From an uncultured virus (IMG/VR IMGVR_UViG_3300018405_000013) (Duplodnaviria; Heunggongvirae; Uroviricota; Caudoviricetes), in the IMG/VR virus record IMGVR_UViG_3300018405_000013: DNA of 60,668 nucleotides; one strand, 5' to 3'. Below, one piece after another: positions 8,240 to 15,666 of this stretch. The position numbers were made by a program, and so were the translations under genes. The notes below the pieces were generated by a model that ran no database searches, had not been told where the DNA came from, and saw only the letters and a program-made list of their open reading frames with translations. The stretch's first letter is position 1. Every line of letters starts with the position of its first letter.

Positions 8240-8314
8240 TGGTCGGCGTGGTGCGAATTGAACACACGAACAGAGAGATATAAGCTCCCACTCTTACCGC
8301 TGAGTTACACGCCG
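8240..8314 (-). tRNA. tRNA-Ile(UAU), encoded CCA
   Basis: CGGCGUG..GGGAG CUUAUAU CUCUC..GUGUG UUCAAUU CGCAC CACGCCG ACCA. Confidence 0.85.
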
Positions 8315-8319
8315 ATATT

Positions 8320-8404
8320 TGGTCGGTAGAATTGGATTCGAACCAATGAATCATAATGAAACGGATTTACAGTCCGCCTGCTTTAGCCACTTGCATATCT
8401 ACCG
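8320..8404 (-). tRNA. tRNA-Tyr(GUA), long variable arm, C1:G72
   Basis: CGGUAGA..GCGGA CUGUAAA UCCGU..AUUGG UUCGAAU CCAAU UCUACCG ACCA. Confidence 0.9.
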
Positions 8405-8407
8405 ATG

Positions 8408-8485
8408 TGGAGGCGGGGGTGGGATTTGAACCAACACGACCTTTAGGTTATGAGCCTAACAAGCTACCAACTGCTCTACCCCGCA
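8408..8485 (-). tRNA. initiator-like tRNA-Met(CAU)
   Basis: UGCGGGG UAGAGCAGUUGGUAGCUU..UUAGG CUCAUAA CCUAA..UUCAAAU..CCCCGCC UCCA; 1:72 mismatch and fMet-like D arm. Confidence 0.85.
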
Positions 8486-8498
8486 TCATCTTATATAT

Positions 8499-8527
8499 AT
8501 TATATCATACTTTAACATACTTGTCAA
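8499..8527 (-). promoter_or_regulatory. sigma-A promoter for the 4-tRNA operon
   Basis: TTGACA(8527-8522)-17-TATAAT(8504-8499). Confidence 0.8.
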
Positions 8528-8528
8528 G

Positions 8529-8708
8529 TTATTTTTTATCTGGTGAAATTAGACCATGATTAACAAGTTGTCTATATTGCATTTCTGCATATTCGACCCT
8601 GTCTCCGACATTATTACTATCACCCATATTTAATGAAGTTAGTAATGAAAAAACTATATCTGACTTACTCATGTCATTAACACTTATTTGTTTATCATAC
8701 ATAATCAT
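8529..8708 (-). CDS. hypothetical 59-aa protein (below ORF-track cutoff)
   Basis: RBS AAGGAG; MIMYDKQISVNDMSKSDIVFSLLTSLNMGDSNNVGDRVEYAEMQYRQLVNHGLISPDKK*. Confidence 0.65.
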   Translation of the reverse strand: MIMYDKQISVNDMSKSDIVFSLLTSLNMGDSNNVGDRVEYAEMQYRQLVNHGLISPDKK

Positions 8709-8728
8709 TTCTCCTTATGTTATTTTTT

Positions 8729-8788
8729 ACAAGATGCATTTAATAGATTTGCAGTCTAATTTTTTATGATTTGCTGTTAGCATCTTAT
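8729..8788 (-). ncRNA. CAGCAA stem RNA unit 1 (candidate Y-like RNA) with Cys(GCA) anticodon-stem-loop-like insert
   Basis: AAGAUGC UAA CAGCAA ... UAGA CUGCAAA UCUA ... GCAUCUUG; own promoter TTGACA(8823-8818)-17-TATAAT(8800-8795). Confidence 0.75.
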
Positions 8789-8827
8789 GTATATATTATA
8801 TAACAATATTTATCACTTGTCAAGTTT

Positions 8828-8886
8828 AAATCATCCGCCCGCAATATTATATCAATCACGGACGGATGTTGGAGAAAATAAATGAT
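8828..8886 (-). ncRNA. candidate anti-RBS small RNA
   Basis: Promoter TTGACA(8920-8915)-17-TATAAT(8897-8892); 5' CAUUUAUUUUCUCCAA followed by CAUCCGUCCG/CGGGCGGAUG hairpin. Confidence 0.55.
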
Positions 8887-8923
8887 AATTCATTATAACA
8901 TATCAAATGTGGTTTGTCAAGCA

Positions 8924-9205
8924 TTATATCAAATCTACCATATAGGAATTTTCCTTATAAACTACATTTGAATAACTTTTGCTTTTTGAAAATAATCCAT
9001 AATTTCCATCTTCCATTTTCTTGCATTGTATGAAACCACCATTATTGGATATATTGACGCACATTTTTGCCAATTCTTTAATATTATTTCTCTCGCACAT
9101 AAATATATTATATTCTTCAAAGAACATTGTAGCCGAATCAATATCATCGAACTTATAATTAATTTCAGAATTAATCCATCTAATATTTCTTTCTTCAAAT
9201 GTCAT
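8924..9205 (-). CDS. hypothetical protein immediately downstream of DUF2828 gene
   Basis: ORF with RBS GGTGGTG. Confidence 0.6.
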   Translation of the reverse strand: MTFEERNIRWINSEINYKFDDIDSATMFFEEYNIFMCERNNIKELAKMCVNISNNGGFIQCKKMEDGNYGLFSKSKSYSNVVYKENSYMVDLI

Positions 9206-9222
9206 AATCACACCACCATATA

Positions 9223-10698
9223 CTATACAGTGATGCAATCATACACAGGATTTTCCAAAGTGTTAATCATAGCTTCATATGGCGTTTTACCAATATTATT
9301 CAATATTGATTTAAATACCGATGGTGATTGACCGGATGCAAGCTGAACCCCTTTGTAATTACTTGTAACTTGGAATGCGCTTTTTGTAGAATTTACATTC
9401 CAGTATATAATATTTGGGAATTCATATCCATAATTAGAAAATCTTTTAACCATAGCGTTGTGCCATGTCATATTTCTATCTGTGGTTTGTGCATCAAACT
9501 GCATGTCAGATACTACAACTAATGATTTTGGCATATCTTCCATTGTTAAATTATTTTTTACTGCGGTTTCCAATATTAGTTCAAACGCCGCTTCAAGATT
9601 GGTATTTTGAACTATGGATGGAACGCATCTAATTTTTTCATACAATGTATCACCTACCAATTTAACAAAAGATGGCTGTCTTGAAAATGTCATAAATACA
9701 TCGCTAAAGACACCTTTATTTCTTTCTGCAAAATACATTGCCAGACCAATAGCTGTAGCCATAGGTCTACCATTCATACTTGCAGAAGTATCAGCCATTA
9801 CCAATATATTATTTTCACCATCAATATAATTAGGAAGTGATTTCCACTGTGCTTCAAGAACTTCATCATACTTATCTGGTCTTAAAGTAAAATAATTGCC
9901 AGAGCACATCTTTTCCAAAATGTCATATGGAAATAATGTCGATGCATTAATTTTCTTATCACCAGACTTAACAGCTTCAATATATTCAGTAAACCCATCT
10001 CTATCATGTTTAACGAATGAATTTCGATATATATTCATAGCGTTAGATGGAACTGCTTCATATTTTATATCCTGCCAATCATTATTGGACATTTTTCTTT
10101 CGACTACATCTATATGATTTCTCAACATAGATAACAATCTTCTATATTCTATTTCAGAATATCCAAGCGTCTTAGCCGTCAATCTTCCAATTTTAACAGA
10201 TTCTTTCGAACTTGTATTGGTTGATTTTAACCACTTGGCTAATAAACTTATAGATTCACCTTTTTTGAAGGCGTCAATATCTGCATTTAGCTGTGTTCTT
10301 ACAAAATCCCACATGGCAGATTCTGCCGGCGTTCCAATGAGAGCATATAAATCGTCATATCTTCCAAACATAGGGATGTTCTGCATATTTTTTATGATTA
10401 TTTCTGGATGAACGTTTGCAAGAAATTTAATTGATTCCTTAAACACCCTTCTTTCGCCTAATCCAGAATTTCTTACATCTCTCGCATAGAACAGCATCTT
10501 TGTGGCAATCAGCTTATCTTCTGAAAATGCCTTTATAAATAAATCGGTTATTGCTTCACATGAGGAGTTTCTCATTGCGCCAATAGTGCCGAACATATCT
10601 ACTAAGTTTGAATTTGTTGTTTTTAAGGCAGTAGCACCATTATGTGTGGTGGTAAGATTATTTTCAGCCTTAATTGATTGTATAAATTTTTCTGACAT
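9223..10698 (-). CDS. DUF2828-family protein (Ro60/TROVE-like helical domain + vWA/MIDAS domain)
   Basis: T.NGA..L.TT...VD.F, FYARDVR.GLGERR, GRYDDL, LLAKWL, ADTSASM (MIDAS), VSDMQFD, IIYWNV; RBS AGGAGG. Confidence 0.85.
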   Translation of the reverse strand: MSEKFIQSIKAENNLTTTHNGATALKTTNSNLVDMFGTIGAMRNSSCEAITDLFIKAFSEDKLIATKMLFYARDVRNSGLGERRVFKESIKFLANVHPEIIIKNMQNIPMFGRYDDLYALIGTPAESAMWDFVRTQLNADIDAFKKGESISLLAKWLKSTNTSSKESVKIGRLTAKTLGYSEIEYRRLLSMLRNHIDVVERKMSNNDWQDIKYEAVPSNAMNIYRNSFVKHDRDGFTEYIEAVKSGDKKINASTLFPYDILEKMCSGNYFTLRPDKYDEVLEAQWKSLPNYIDGENNILVMADTSASMNGRPMATAIGLAMYFAERNKGVFSDVFMTFSRQPSFVKLVGDTLYEKIRCVPSIVQNTNLEAAFELILETAVKNNLTMEDMPKSLVVVSDMQFDAQTTDRNMTWHNAMVKRFSNYGYEFPNIIYWNVNSTKSAFQVTSNYKGVQLASGQSPSVFKSILNNIGKTPYEAMINTLENPVYDCITV

Positions 10699-10727
10699 AA
10701 CAAAATCCTCCTATATATTAGAAATAA

Positions 10728-10783
10728 CAAGACACATAAACATTATTCTTGTATATGTATGTATTAATTGCTGCATGTGTCTT
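10728..10783 (-). ncRNA. CAGCAA stem RNA unit 2
   Basis: AAGACAC AUG CAGCAA ... GUGUCUUG. Confidence 0.75.
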
Positions 10784-10793
10784 TAAATAATCC

Positions 10794-10865
10794 CAAGATG
10801 CATAAATATGTAAACCTTTTAATAAATTATAATTTGAGTTTTATATTAATTGCTGTTAGCACCTT
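10794..10865 (-). ncRNA. CAGCAA stem RNA unit 3
   Basis: AAGGUGC UAA CAGCAA ... GCAUCUUG (G.U wobble retained). Confidence 0.75.
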
Positions 10866-10885
10866 TGTGGGGTTTTTATAATTGT

Positions 10886-11007
10886 TGGCGTGTAGGGGAT
10901 TCGAACCCATAACATATTGTTTCATCGCATTATTATTGTTTCGCAGTTAATGTCTAATACAAGACATTATATACACACAATTGCTCTACCAGTTGAGCTA
11001 ACACGCC
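10886..11007 (-). ncRNA. tRNA-like RNA whose anticodon loop is replaced by a 56-nt insert carrying the permuted stem motif
   Basis: GGCGUGU UAGCUCAACUGGUAGAGC A AUUGU [GUGUAUAUAAUGUCUUG UAU UAGACAUUAACUGCGAAACAAUAAUAAUGCGAUGAA] ACAAU AUGUU AUGGG UUCGAAU CCCCU ACACGCC A; no encoded CCA. Confidence 0.8.
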
Positions 11008-11013
11008 ATATTT

Positions 11014-11071
11014 CAAGACGGTATAAAAATAATATCCAAATAATTTTTATATAGTTTGCTGAACCCGTCTT
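11014..11071 (-). ncRNA. CAGCAA stem RNA unit 4
   Basis: AAGACGG GUU CAGCAA ... CCGUCUUG; internal UAUAAAAAU/AUUUUUAUA stem. Confidence 0.75.
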
Positions 11072-11078
11072 ATTCTTA

Positions 11079-11137
11079 CAAGATGCATTAATATTAATGT
11101 AACTATTATTAAATCTTTTGTTTGCTGTCTGCATCTT
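11079..11137 (-). ncRNA. CAGCAA stem RNA unit 5
   Basis: AAGAUGC AGA CAGCAA ... GCAUCUUG; internal stem with 7-nt GUUACAU loop. Confidence 0.75.
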
Positions 11138-11145
11138 ATGTATAC

Positions 11146-11174
11146 ATAATAACACATATCCAATCACTTGTCAA
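11146..11174 (-). promoter_or_regulatory. sigma-A promoter driving RNA array + DUF2828 operon
   Basis: TTGACA(11174-11169)-17-TG.TATTAT(11151-11146). Confidence 0.75.
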
Positions 11175-11198
11175 GTGTTTTTTAAAATTAATTTAAAA

Positions 11199-11411
11199 TT
11201 ATTTTTTATCAGAAGTCCAATATATTTTTAAATGTTTAATATCAACATCTAATTTATTTTCTGAATCTTCGTTTATTAATTCTGATAACATTTTACCAAA
11301 ATTTTCCTTGATTGTCAAGTATCCATCCTTTTTCTTTGAATCTAACAATTCTTTATCAAATTCTTCGTCTGGATATTCACCATATATATCTACGACGGCT
11401 TTAAATCTCAT
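11199..11411 (-). CDS. hypothetical protein
   Basis: ORF in gene-dense minus-strand run. Confidence 0.55.
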   Translation of the reverse strand: MRFKAVVDIYGEYPDEEFDKELLDSKKKDGYLTIKENFGKMLSELINEDSENKLDVDIKHLKIYWTSDKK

Positions 11412-11415
11412 AATA

Positions 11416-11778
11416 TTAATTCCCCATGACATCCCATCTTTTTTCAGTATGTTCTGGTATAACAACTTCTGGAATTACAACATCAACTATTTTATATTTC
11501 GAATATTTATCATTATCATAATAATAATCTGAAAAATATGAGCCAGACCTTGAAGAACTTCTTGATAATCCATAATCAAATAATGATATTACATTGTAAT
11601 TTTCATCATATTCACATAATACACCGGATTCTTCCCTATGTTGATATTTTCCTTCATCTTTCCAATCACTTTCCTCATATTTAAATCCGTATATTTTACC
11701 ATCATGCTCATATGAAAAATCATCCAGGTGTTGATCCCCAATTTCATTGGATATTTTTAAAAATAATTCATCATTCAT
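11416..11778 (-). CDS. hypothetical acidic phage protein
   Basis: RBS GGAGTG; SRSGSYFSDYYY motif. Confidence 0.7.
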   Translation of the reverse strand: MNDELFLKISNEIGDQHLDDFSYEHDGKIYGFKYEESDWKDEGKYQHREESGVLCEYDENYNVISLFDYGLSRSSSRSGSYFSDYYYDNDKYSKYKIVDVVIPEVVIPEHTEKRWDVMGN

Positions 11779-11795
11779 ATAACATCACTCCATTC

Positions 11796-12044
11796 TTATA
11801 ATTTATAACTTAATTTACGACCACAATTATGACAATATTTATCTTTTCTCTTAACAATTTCGCCACAATCACATATATATATCATTAAAAATATTTTCTT
11901 CGGATTAACAATTTCATTATCCCTATCGACTAATTCCGTTAGATATTGCATTGTGGCGATATGCTTTCTTGAACCATTTGACTTTAAATAATTCTTTAGT
12001 TTTGTATTTAAAAAGATTTTTGCTTCATTACCAATGATACTCAT
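11796..12044 (-). CDS. hypothetical protein with C-terminal zinc ribbon
   Basis: CDCG...YCHNCG. Confidence 0.65.
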   Translation of the reverse strand: MSIIGNEAKIFLNTKLKNYLKSNGSRKHIATMQYLTELVDRDNEIVNPKKIFLMIYICDCGEIVKRKDKYCHNCGRKLSYKL

Positions 12045-12222
12045 TTTTTCTTATCCTGTCAATTTTTATTTTTTTACCATTCAGATGCTTTTTTCTTACC
12101 CTTGGTAAGTATAGGTCACATTTTTGGCAATATTTACTATGTTCTGCCACCCTATTCTTTTCACACTTTCCAATACACACATAATGAATGCATGGTTCAA
12201 TTCTGTCCTTTGCCATAATCAT
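12028..12222 (-). CDS. small Cys-rich hypothetical protein
   Basis: RBS GGAGG; C..Y.C.G.C.K.R.A.H..YCQKC..Y. Confidence 0.65.
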   Translation of the reverse strand: MIMAKDRIEPCIHYVCIGKCEKNRVAEHSKYCQKCDLYLPRVRKKHLNGKKIKIDRIRKNEYHW

Positions 12223-12301
12223 AATCCTCCATCAGTCAAAACTATATTCTGCAAATACTGTATTGATATTCACATTGTATTATTTGTATTATATAATAAA
12301 C

Positions 12302-12568
12302 TTATTCATCTGTCAAGTTATTGACTAACTTTGCTAAAAAATCACCGTGACATCTTTTCGGTTTACAATAACAGCCCAATGTTTTATCTTTTAGTTCATA
12401 TAACGAATCTTTTAAATCTGTAGTCCAAAACCACTTTTCATATTCGTCACACACCCTATTTCTTTCATCGTCTGACCAATCTAACATTTGGAACGGATTT
12501 CCCCACTTGCTCCCTCTGCCTATATAAACGTCATATTTTTCTTTTTTTAAATTTACAACTCTAGTCAT
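12302..12568 (-). CDS. DUF4326-family protein
   Basis: YDVYIGRGSKWGNPF...LGCYCKPKRCHGD. Confidence 0.85.
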   Translation of the reverse strand: MTRVVNLKKEKYDVYIGRGSKWGNPFQMLDWSDDERNRVCDEYEKWFWTTDLKDSLYELKDKTLGCYCKPKRCHGDFLAKLVNNLTDE

Positions 12569-12972
12569 TAAAAATTAAACCCATATTCTTCAAATACTGT
12601 ATTAATATCATCAAAAGTTTTACCGTATGATATTTTTATTTTGATATTTTCAATTTCAGATTTCTTCTTATCTAATATTTTTCTTTCTTTAGCTAAAAGT
12701 TCAACAATAATTTCATCCTCTTGTGACATTCTATTATTGTATGTATTTCTAACTATGGATTCTACAGTTCCATAAGAATACCCTACGGTATATTTCAAAA
12801 TATTCTCCATATCTGGAAAATATTTTAACGCGTCATTAACCATGTTAACATAATATTCAACCCTTTTATTCTTTTCTGTAACAATTTCCTTTTTAATTTC
12901 TTCAATTTCTGATTCATATTTTTTGTTTATACAATTTGTAATTTTGTTATTTAATTCATTTGTTATCTTCAT
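12568..12972 (-). CDS. hypothetical protein
   Basis: ORF with RBS. Confidence 0.65.
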   Translation of the reverse strand: MKITNELNNKITNCINKKYESEIEEIKKEIVTEKNKRVEYYVNMVNDALKYFPDMENILKYTVGYSYGTVESIVRNTYNNRMSQEDEIIVELLAKERKILDKKKSEIENIKIKISYGKTFDDINTVFEEYGFNF

Positions 12973-12986
12973 AATCCTATACTCCT

Positions 12987-13220
12987 TTAAATTAATTCAA
13001 CTTCGTATTCGTTTTTTTGCTTTACAGAAATTTTACCAGACTTATCAAAAAATACTTCTAATTTGGCAAAGTCGATGGCTTTATATGTATATCCCCCACC
13101 ACCACCGGTGCTTACATATACACTTTCCGGTTTTCCATAACTGATTCCACTAGGATAACACTCATATCCATCAAAACTATAATTCCCACCTGCCGTGGAA
13201 GTCGTCCAAGCTGTTGCCAT
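12987..13220 (-). CDS. hypothetical protein
   Basis: RBS AAGGAG. Confidence 0.6.
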   Translation of the reverse strand: MATAWTTSTAGGNYSFDGYECYPSGISYGKPESVYVSTGGGGGYTYKAIDFAKLEVFFDKSGKISVKQKNEYEVELI

Positions 13221-13240
13221 GCATAATCAACTCCTTTTTT

Positions 13241-14245
13241 TTATAATCTTATTTTTTTATTATATAGCTGTTTAAAAATGTCATAACCTTTATCTATAGG
13301 ACTATCTTTTTCGTCCAATAAACCATAATTGTCAATTACTACGTATGTATTCGTAAATCTGATTAAATATGCAAATCTCTGCCTAATATCATTCAAAGAT
13401 ACGCCCTTATCCATACATATTACTATATTTTTTCCAGTTTTTATTAAAGCATTAGCTTGTTCCTTGGTTATCGAAGAAGTTCCTAAAGCCACGGAACAAT
13501 ACAAACCTATGGATTCAAGTTTCATTACAGATTTTTCACCTTCGAATAAAATTAAACTTTTATAATCGTTATATCGACCCTTATTCTGTGCGAAACCGTA
13601 TAAATGACTCAAAGTGCCAAGTTTGTTCAAATAAACGTATTTTGGCTTCTTTTTCTTCGAATAATCCTTATCTAATGTTCTTTTCTTTATATTTATTATG
13701 TTTCCGGCATTGTCATATATAGGAAAAACTATTGAGTTATCCAAATCATTATATCTGACAAGATACTTATCCAAAATGTCTTGTGATATACCTTCATTCA
13801 ACCACTCTTTTATCGGTCTATGTTCGTAAATAAGCATACAATCCTTATTCAATACTTTATAACCAGAATTATTCTCCTTTTTATTAAAAGTTCTTGATAA
13901 CTTTCTTAAATATTTTAAAACATCTGGTGGCGCTTTGACTTCTGAAACATCAAGATTAGCATACCTACACAAATGTATAACAGTTTCTTCCGCGGTAAAT
14001 TTATGATATAATTTTGCAAAATTGTAAACATTTCCACCCTGTTTGCAAGATAAACAAAACCAAAGTTGCTTATCTTGATTAACAGACATTGATTCAGTAT
14101 CATCTGTATGAAATGGACAATGATACCATACTTCACCGTTTAATTCTTTTTCTGAATCTATATATTGATTTATATATGAAAGGATATCTATATGAGAAAC
14201 TAGTGCTTCTAAATCTATTTGGCTACTATCAATTACATCACTCAT
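13241..14245 (-). CDS. dnaG: DNA primase (CHC2 zinc finger + TOPRIM)
   Basis: CPFH...WFCLSCKQGGN; LFEGEKS; CMD; KDSPID. Confidence 0.9.
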   Translation of the reverse strand: MSDVIDSSQIDLEALVSHIDILSYINQYIDSEKELNGEVWYHCPFHTDDTESMSVNQDKQLWFCLSCKQGGNVYNFAKLYHKFTAEETVIHLCRYANLDVSEVKAPPDVLKYLRKLSRTFNKKENNSGYKVLNKDCMLIYEHRPIKEWLNEGISQDILDKYLVRYNDLDNSIVFPIYDNAGNIINIKKRTLDKDYSKKKKPKYVYLNKLGTLSHLYGFAQNKGRYNDYKSLILFEGEKSVMKLESIGLYCSVALGTSSITKEQANALIKTGKNIVICMDKGVSLNDIRQRFAYLIRFTNTYVVIDNYGLLDEKDSPIDKGYDIFKQLYNKKIRL

Positions 14246-14272
14246 TTAGATACCCTCCTTTACATTATTGCT

Positions 14273-15661
14273 TTAATATGGACTTGATTCGCCACTACTA
14301 TGGTCTATAGGCGTTTTTGGTATGTCTTGAAAATCAAAATGTTCACCAACGAAATTCAAGTCTATGTATTCTTCACCTTCATGTGAATCACCAGAACGAT
14401 TACATTTTACACTTAATCTATAGTTTCCTAAATCACCATAACCAAGCATATTGTCTCTGTCTATTTCTTTTTTTGTTTTCTTTCTTAAATTTAGAATTGT
14501 GGAGGCGAACATTTCAATTTTAAAACTATCTGCAATATCTCCACCTCTGCCAAGTTGTGCCGCCGCAAGAACAGGAACATCGAAACCGCCGGCTATTTCA
14601 TTTTTTAAGAAATTACATAAGGAGCCCAAATTGTTATATACAGAACCGCTATCAAGAACATCACCATCAGCCTTCATGTAGTCAAACACTACTAAGTCAA
14701 GACCGCCTAATTTTTGATGCCAATATAATACAGCGGAGAATATTTTTTCTTTTGTCCAAGATGTTCTATAGTGATGTATAAATCCATTGTTTTTAGTAAA
14801 CCACTCTATAGTCTCTGAAACCCTTTCGTTTTCTTGGACGGTTAAATTATTTGACTTTAAATTTCTATTATTAATTTGTGCTTTATTAGAAATTAATCTT
14901 TCCATAACACTGCGACTATTTAACTCGGTGTCTAAATATAAAATACGCTTGTTTTTGTCAAGTTCAAGCTGATGCAAGGATTCATTCATACAAAAAACAC
15001 TTTTACCTTGTTTTCTCTGTGCCGCCACTACAACAAGTTCACCTTTTTCATATGTAACATAGTCATTTAGTTTGGTAAATTTGGATGGCAATCCACTAAC
15101 ACCGTTATTTTCTTTTAACCTTCTTCTGCTTTCACTCCACATATCTTGGACTATGTCGCAAAACAATTTATTATCTTCACCAACTGAGAATTTTTCTGTT
15201 AAATTTGAAACTATGTCTCTAAATTTTTCTTGAACGTCTTGAATTTCAGAATCATCTTTAAGACAAAGTCTTTGTATGTCACCCGCTTGACGATATGTTT
15301 CTCTTCTATAAGCGGATGTAATGATTCTATTTGCAAATAACATGTAATCTTCTAACGCATCTCTTCTAAATTCTGATGCCATATCTAAAAATTCAGAAAA
15401 ATTAGACTGATTTACATATGTATTTTTACCATATCTTTCTTTTATCTTTGCATCAATTGATGCAAAATCTATCTTTTTTATGTTATTTTTATATAATTCA
15501 CAAATACTCCAATATACATTACTATTAAAATCATCATGGAAGTATTCTGGTAATAATCTATCAGACGATACAGAATAATCTGGTCTATATACCAATGTGG
15601 CAAGAACCATAGCTTCTGCATTAGCATCGTATGTATCAAATATATTGCTAATAATGCCCAC
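14273..15661 (-). CDS. dnaB: replicative DNA helicase, DnaB family
   Basis: N-terminal AEAMVL..L domain; AAQRKQGKS Walker A, VVFDYMK, AAQL. Confidence 0.88.
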   Translation of the reverse strand: MGIISNIFDTYDANAEAMVLATLVYRPDYSVSSDRLLPEYFHDDFNSNVYWSICELYKNNIKKIDFASIDAKIKERYGKNTYVNQSNFSEFLDMASEFRRDALEDYMLFANRIITSAYRRETYRQAGDIQRLCLKDDSEIQDVQEKFRDIVSNLTEKFSVGEDNKLFCDIVQDMWSESRRRLKENNGVSGLPSKFTKLNDYVTYEKGELVVVAAQRKQGKSVFCMNESLHQLELDKNKRILYLDTELNSRSVMERLISNKAQINNRNLKSNNLTVQENERVSETIEWFTKNNGFIHHYRTSWTKEKIFSAVLYWHQKLGGLDLVVFDYMKADGDVLDSGSVYNNLGSLCNFLKNEIAGGFDVPVLAAAQLGRGGDIADSFKIEMFASTILNLRKKTKKEIDRDNMLGYGDLGNYRLSVKCNRSGDSHEGEEYIDLNFVGEHFDFQDIPKTPIDHSSGESSPY

Positions 15662-15666
15662 CCCTT

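Noticed and set aside
8356..8559. 67-aa plus-strand ORF; likewise 10967..11167
   Set aside because: Overlap tRNA/ncRNA genes and are translations of RNA structure.
10921..10976. Group I intron in a tRNA
   Set aside because: 56 nt is far too short, no catalytic core, and no unambiguous canonical anticodon loop is restored by excision.
10728..11137. CRISPR mini-array
   Set aside because: Conserved parts are two complementary half-stems that covary between units, not identical direct repeats; no cas operon.
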